This document shows positions 7,596 through 10,744 of a stretch of DNA of 10,744 nucleotides, piece after piece. The stretch's first letter is position 1. Each line of letters starts with the position of its first letter. The notes under the pieces are model-generated. The model made no database searches and was not told where the DNA came from. It saw nothing but the letters and a program-made list of their open reading frames with translations. Source of the DNA: a bacterium (GTDB lineage Bacteria; SAR324; NAC60-12); the NCBI GenBank assembly GCA_965233585.1, contig CBDDTI010000248.1, forward strand, positions 1 through 10,744, given 5' to 3'. The position numbers and the translations under genes are program-made.

Positions 7596-8046
7596 TTATG
7601 GATGAGATATGTAAATTTATGACATAAAATGTTTCTTGGTATTTTTCTGAATGAGTACAAGTTTTACTTTGCTCAGTGCATGTATCTGGCATGTTGGGTT
7701 AAACTGTCTTATCTCTCCCCCTTCTGCTCCCCCCCCCCCCAACCCATCTCTCTCTCTCACCCCCTTAGTGCTTCCTAGTATTACATGTACTTAGCTTTTT
7801 CCACTGGAGTTTTCATTCACTGTTGACAGGTTCTAGGGTTGGGGTTGGGTTTTAGGCTGCTTTGGCTCATGGCTGGGTTATGGTCAAGGCAGGTTTTGGG
7901 ATGTTCTGCATACCTGTGTGGGGAGTTGGTGGCTCGACCAACCCCCAGATCCTTGGGCACCCAACCTCTGTATGTGACACAGGTGTTAACATTCCTTCTT
8001 TATTGACAAATTTACATAAACCATTTACATGTATTTTGTTTATCAG

Positions 8047-8138
8047 ATGTTATGAGATATGATGAGATGGAGTTTGATGAAGAATCTGAGCCAGAGATTC
8101 CTATCTACAACAGAGTAGAACTTATTGAACGTTATCAG
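8047..8138 (+). CDS. CCDC96: CCDC96-like exon 5 (DVMRYDEMEFDEESEPEIPIYNRVELIERYQ)
   Basis: Acceptor tttgtttatcag|, donor CAG|gtaatg. Phase consistent. Marks the change from acidic region to coiled coil. Confidence 0.9.
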
Positions 8139-8295
8139 GTAATGATCATATAGCTGACTTTCTTCTTTCTTCTGCCACAAATGTAAAGAAAAATTAATTT
8201 TTAATCAGTTTATCATAAACTTGACCGCACTTTAACAACTTTTTAAAGACATATATTTCATCATAACTTATGCCATATTCTGATGATCCTTTGAT

Positions 8296-8673
<378 letters not shown>

Positions 8674-9028
8674 CCTTTGATATATCTTTTAATTACAAGT
8701 AATATCATTACAAGATAATAGAACAAATATTAAAGATGGTGAATATCACTATAATAAGTTCTTTATTACAAAAATATAAAAATCTGTGTTCACTTTGAGA
8801 CCAAAGGGATGATGTGCTTGGTCTCCACCACTCTCTATCTCAAGGCTGGTCTCATTCAGTCATAAGAAGTACCTCTGAGGGAGTAGGGCAGCCTTCTTTC
8901 CAGAACTGAAGCTGGTGATTGAACCCAAATGGGAAAAAGATCTGTCTTTTGTACTTGTCCACTTACAGGATTCACACTAAGCTATATTGTTTTAAATTAT
9001 GATTTTCTTGTTGCTCAATTTTTTGCAG

Positions 9029-9112
9029 CAAGCATTGGAGGAGAGATCAAGTTTACAGTCATTAAATTCCCAGCTTCAACACAAATTGGCTGAGTATTTC
9101 AAGAAGAAAAAG
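9029..9112 (+). CDS. CCDC96: CCDC96-like exon 6 (QALEERSSLQSLNSQLQHKLAEYFKKKK)
   Basis: Acceptor ttttttgcag|, donor AAG|gtatct. The ER..L...N..LQHK..E...KKK pattern is one I recognise from CCDC96. Confidence 0.9.
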
Positions 9113-9224
9113 GTATCTTTCTATGATGAAAATTGATGTTATCAGGAAAAAAGCTTTGAGAAATTTCCAGCAAAATTTGAATCCTAAACCAAAATTACTT
9201 ATGATAGGTTCTATTTGCTTTCAG

Positions 9225-9294
9225 AGTGACGAGCGTCAACAGGAGATAGAAAAGAATGTAACTGACCAGGAGCAAAGATATCTTAAATATATGT
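9225..9294 (+). CDS. CCDC96: CCDC96-like exon 7 (SDERQQEIEKNVTDQEQRYLKYM)
   Basis: Acceptor tttgctttcag|, donor |gtaagt. EQ.YL motif as in CCDC96. Confidence 0.9.
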
Positions 9295-9334
9295 GTAAGT
9301 GTTAAAAGCAGAAATTTAAAGTTTGATGTGTATT

Positions 9335-9937
9335 TATTTGGCCCCATTAAGGGGGCGTCTGAGTATCCCACATCCTATTAATCTTAGGCCTAAATTCCTG
9401 CATCCTGTTACTTCCAGTATGATTGCAAAACTTAACTACTGTCAGTATATATCCTGGGCTGCTTTATTTGATCTGAATATCCCCATAAGTTTTACGTCCA
9501 AATATCCTGTATTCTGTTATTTTTAAGTCTAGAGTGAAGCCTTGGAGCCAAGACTGGCTCAATTAGCTGCTGGAGCTTATCCCGGTTTCTGTAGCATGAA
9601 GTGGCTAGAAGTATTTCTACTTCCCCTGGACGGGATGCTAGTCCATCACAGGTCACTTCCCCGCAATTTGTCAGGTTTCCCCAACAATTTGCTGGTACCT
9701 ATTTATACACCTGGGTGGAGAGAGGCACTGTGAGAGTAAAGTGTCTGGCCCAAGAACACAACACAATGTCCCTGGCCAGGGCTCGAACCCAGACTGCTCG
9801 CTCCGGAGTCGAGTGCACTAACCATGAGGCCACCGCCACAGAAATGTACCCCATATCCCGAATACCTCTAATAATAAGACCCTATATTTGCCTGTATATT
9901 TTGCTGGTTTAGTTTATTTGTGTAATGGGGCCAAATA
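9335..9937. repeat. Decayed TATCCC(G)-motif element bounded by a 15-bp inverted repeat and interrupted by the SINE
   Basis: TATTTGGCCCCATTA (9335-9349) / TAATGGGGCCAAATA (9923-9937). Degenerate TATCCC/CATCCT motifs occur on both sides of the SINE. Confidence 0.55.
9532..9837 (-). mobile_element. tRNA-derived SINE with a CORE-like central domain, antisense in CCDC96 intron 7
   Basis: Minus strand A box TGGCCTCATGG (9822-9832) and B box GGTTCGAGCCC (9779-9789), followed by CTTGGGCCAGACACTTTACTCTCACAGTGCCTC...TGTATAAATAGG, which resembles conserved SINE central domains. The 3' boundary is approximate. Confidence 0.82.
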
Positions 9938-10095
9938 TAGTTTAGGCCAAGTTAAAAGTAGTTCACCCTGGTGCAATACTATCCAACACATGAAAAAACA
10001 ACTAACAGGCATACAAGATGTGTAAATTTATGGTGAAAACCATTGTTAAAGTAGCTAAAAGTAAATGACTTTGTGTTTAAAAAGAGATCCTAATG

Positions 10096-10351
10096 CCGGG
10101 GGTGTTCATTGTACCTTAAGTTTAAGGAATTAAAAAGGAATTTTTGGTGCCTCGAAGGGTGTTCACTGCCTCAAAAGGTCCACTGTGGAAGCTTTTGCAG
10201 TATCTTTTAGGGTATTGAACTGAAAAAAGTGACAGGAGATACTGGGAATGGTTACTTCTTAGGGAAGAAAAAAATTCAAGCCACACCAACAAAGTAGGGT
10301 CTTGGTAGCTCTTAGAGATCCATCCTTTTTATATGGGAGACTCCCCTGGGG
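10096..10351. mobile_element. Degenerate, truncated relative of the 8296-8673 element
   Basis: Shares GGGGGTGTTCATTG (vs GGGGATGCTCGTCG), TCAAGCCACACC (vs TCAAGCCACGCC), CTTTTAGGG motifs and the right end ATATGGGAGACTCCCC. No TSD seen. Confidence 0.55.
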
Positions 10352-10463
10352 TCCCAACCATTTCCCCCCCACCCCCCCCCCTCTCCATCCGTTCAGTTTA
10401 TTTGGCCATTAATTGTACTATTGACATGCAGCAGAGCTAATGAATGAACATTTGTTTTGGTAG

Positions 10464-10578
10464 CAAATCTGGAGGAACTCCAGAATGAAGAAAGACGAGA
10501 AAAGGAAAATTACAAGGACCAGATTGAGGATTTGAAAGCAAAATGTCAAGAAAAACAAGAAATTGTCAACAGATCCAG
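10464..10578 (+). CDS. CCDC96: CCDC96-like exon 8 (SNLEELQNEERREKENYKDQIEDLKAKCQEKQEIVNRS); gene continues beyond the window
   Basis: Acceptor tttgttttggtag|, donor CAG|gtttgt. Coiled-coil heptads; LEEL...Y...I..LK..CQEK resembles CCDC96. No stop is reached in the window. Confidence 0.88.
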
Positions 10579-10744
10579 GTTTGTTTAATGTACTCTGACC
10601 TGCATTGCAGAAATAAAACTGAACAGCTACGAAAGAGGAGAACTGCTTCTGATCAGTTGTTAGAAATGTTTTTTGCTTCAAATCATGCGATTTGTGATGG
10701 TTTTTCAGTGACAACTTTATGATGTTCAAGAATGATGTTGCAAA

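Noticed and set aside
8797..8825. Small hairpin GAGACCAA...TTGGTCTC with ATGATG in the loop (snoRNA C-box idea)
   Set aside because: Imperfect C box, and no D box paired with a terminal stem.
9760..9837. Possible tRNA gene (A and B boxes present)
   Set aside because: No complete cloverleaf, and it runs straight into a SINE body. The same applies to 2380-2450.
9542..9912. ORFs 9542..9733 and 9601..9912
   Set aside because: Translations of the antisense SINE strand, not genes.

Overview
Eukaryotic (animal) genomic DNA, probably from a scleractinian coral or other anthozoan; that assignment is an inference from the repeat types. Two intron-containing genes sit head-to-head. (1) A complete 7-exon thymidine kinase 1 (TK1) gene on the minus strand: CDS 4763->1759, 209 aa, with an in-frame upstream ATG at 4868 that would add a 35-aa basic, Ser/Thr-rich extension resembling a mitochondrial presequence. 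(2) The first 8 coding exons of a CCDC96/CFAP184-like ciliary coiled-coil gene on the plus strand, from ATG 4997 and running off the right edge. The start codons are only 128-233 bp apart, in a CpG-rich stretch with E2F-type sites and an RFX X-box-like motif. The introns hold several non-autonomous transposons: a Kolobok-type fold-back element with TTAA TSD, a PIF/Harbinger MITE with TTA TSD, a poly-G-ended element with an 8-bp TSD, two tRNA-derived SINEs, and nested or decayed elements. Splicing oddities are a GC-AG intron and two NAGNAG acceptors. I see no clearly new multi-gene system. The best leads are the possible dual-targeted TK1 and the compact E2F/RFX bidirectional promoter. All exon models were read by eye and have no transcript support here.
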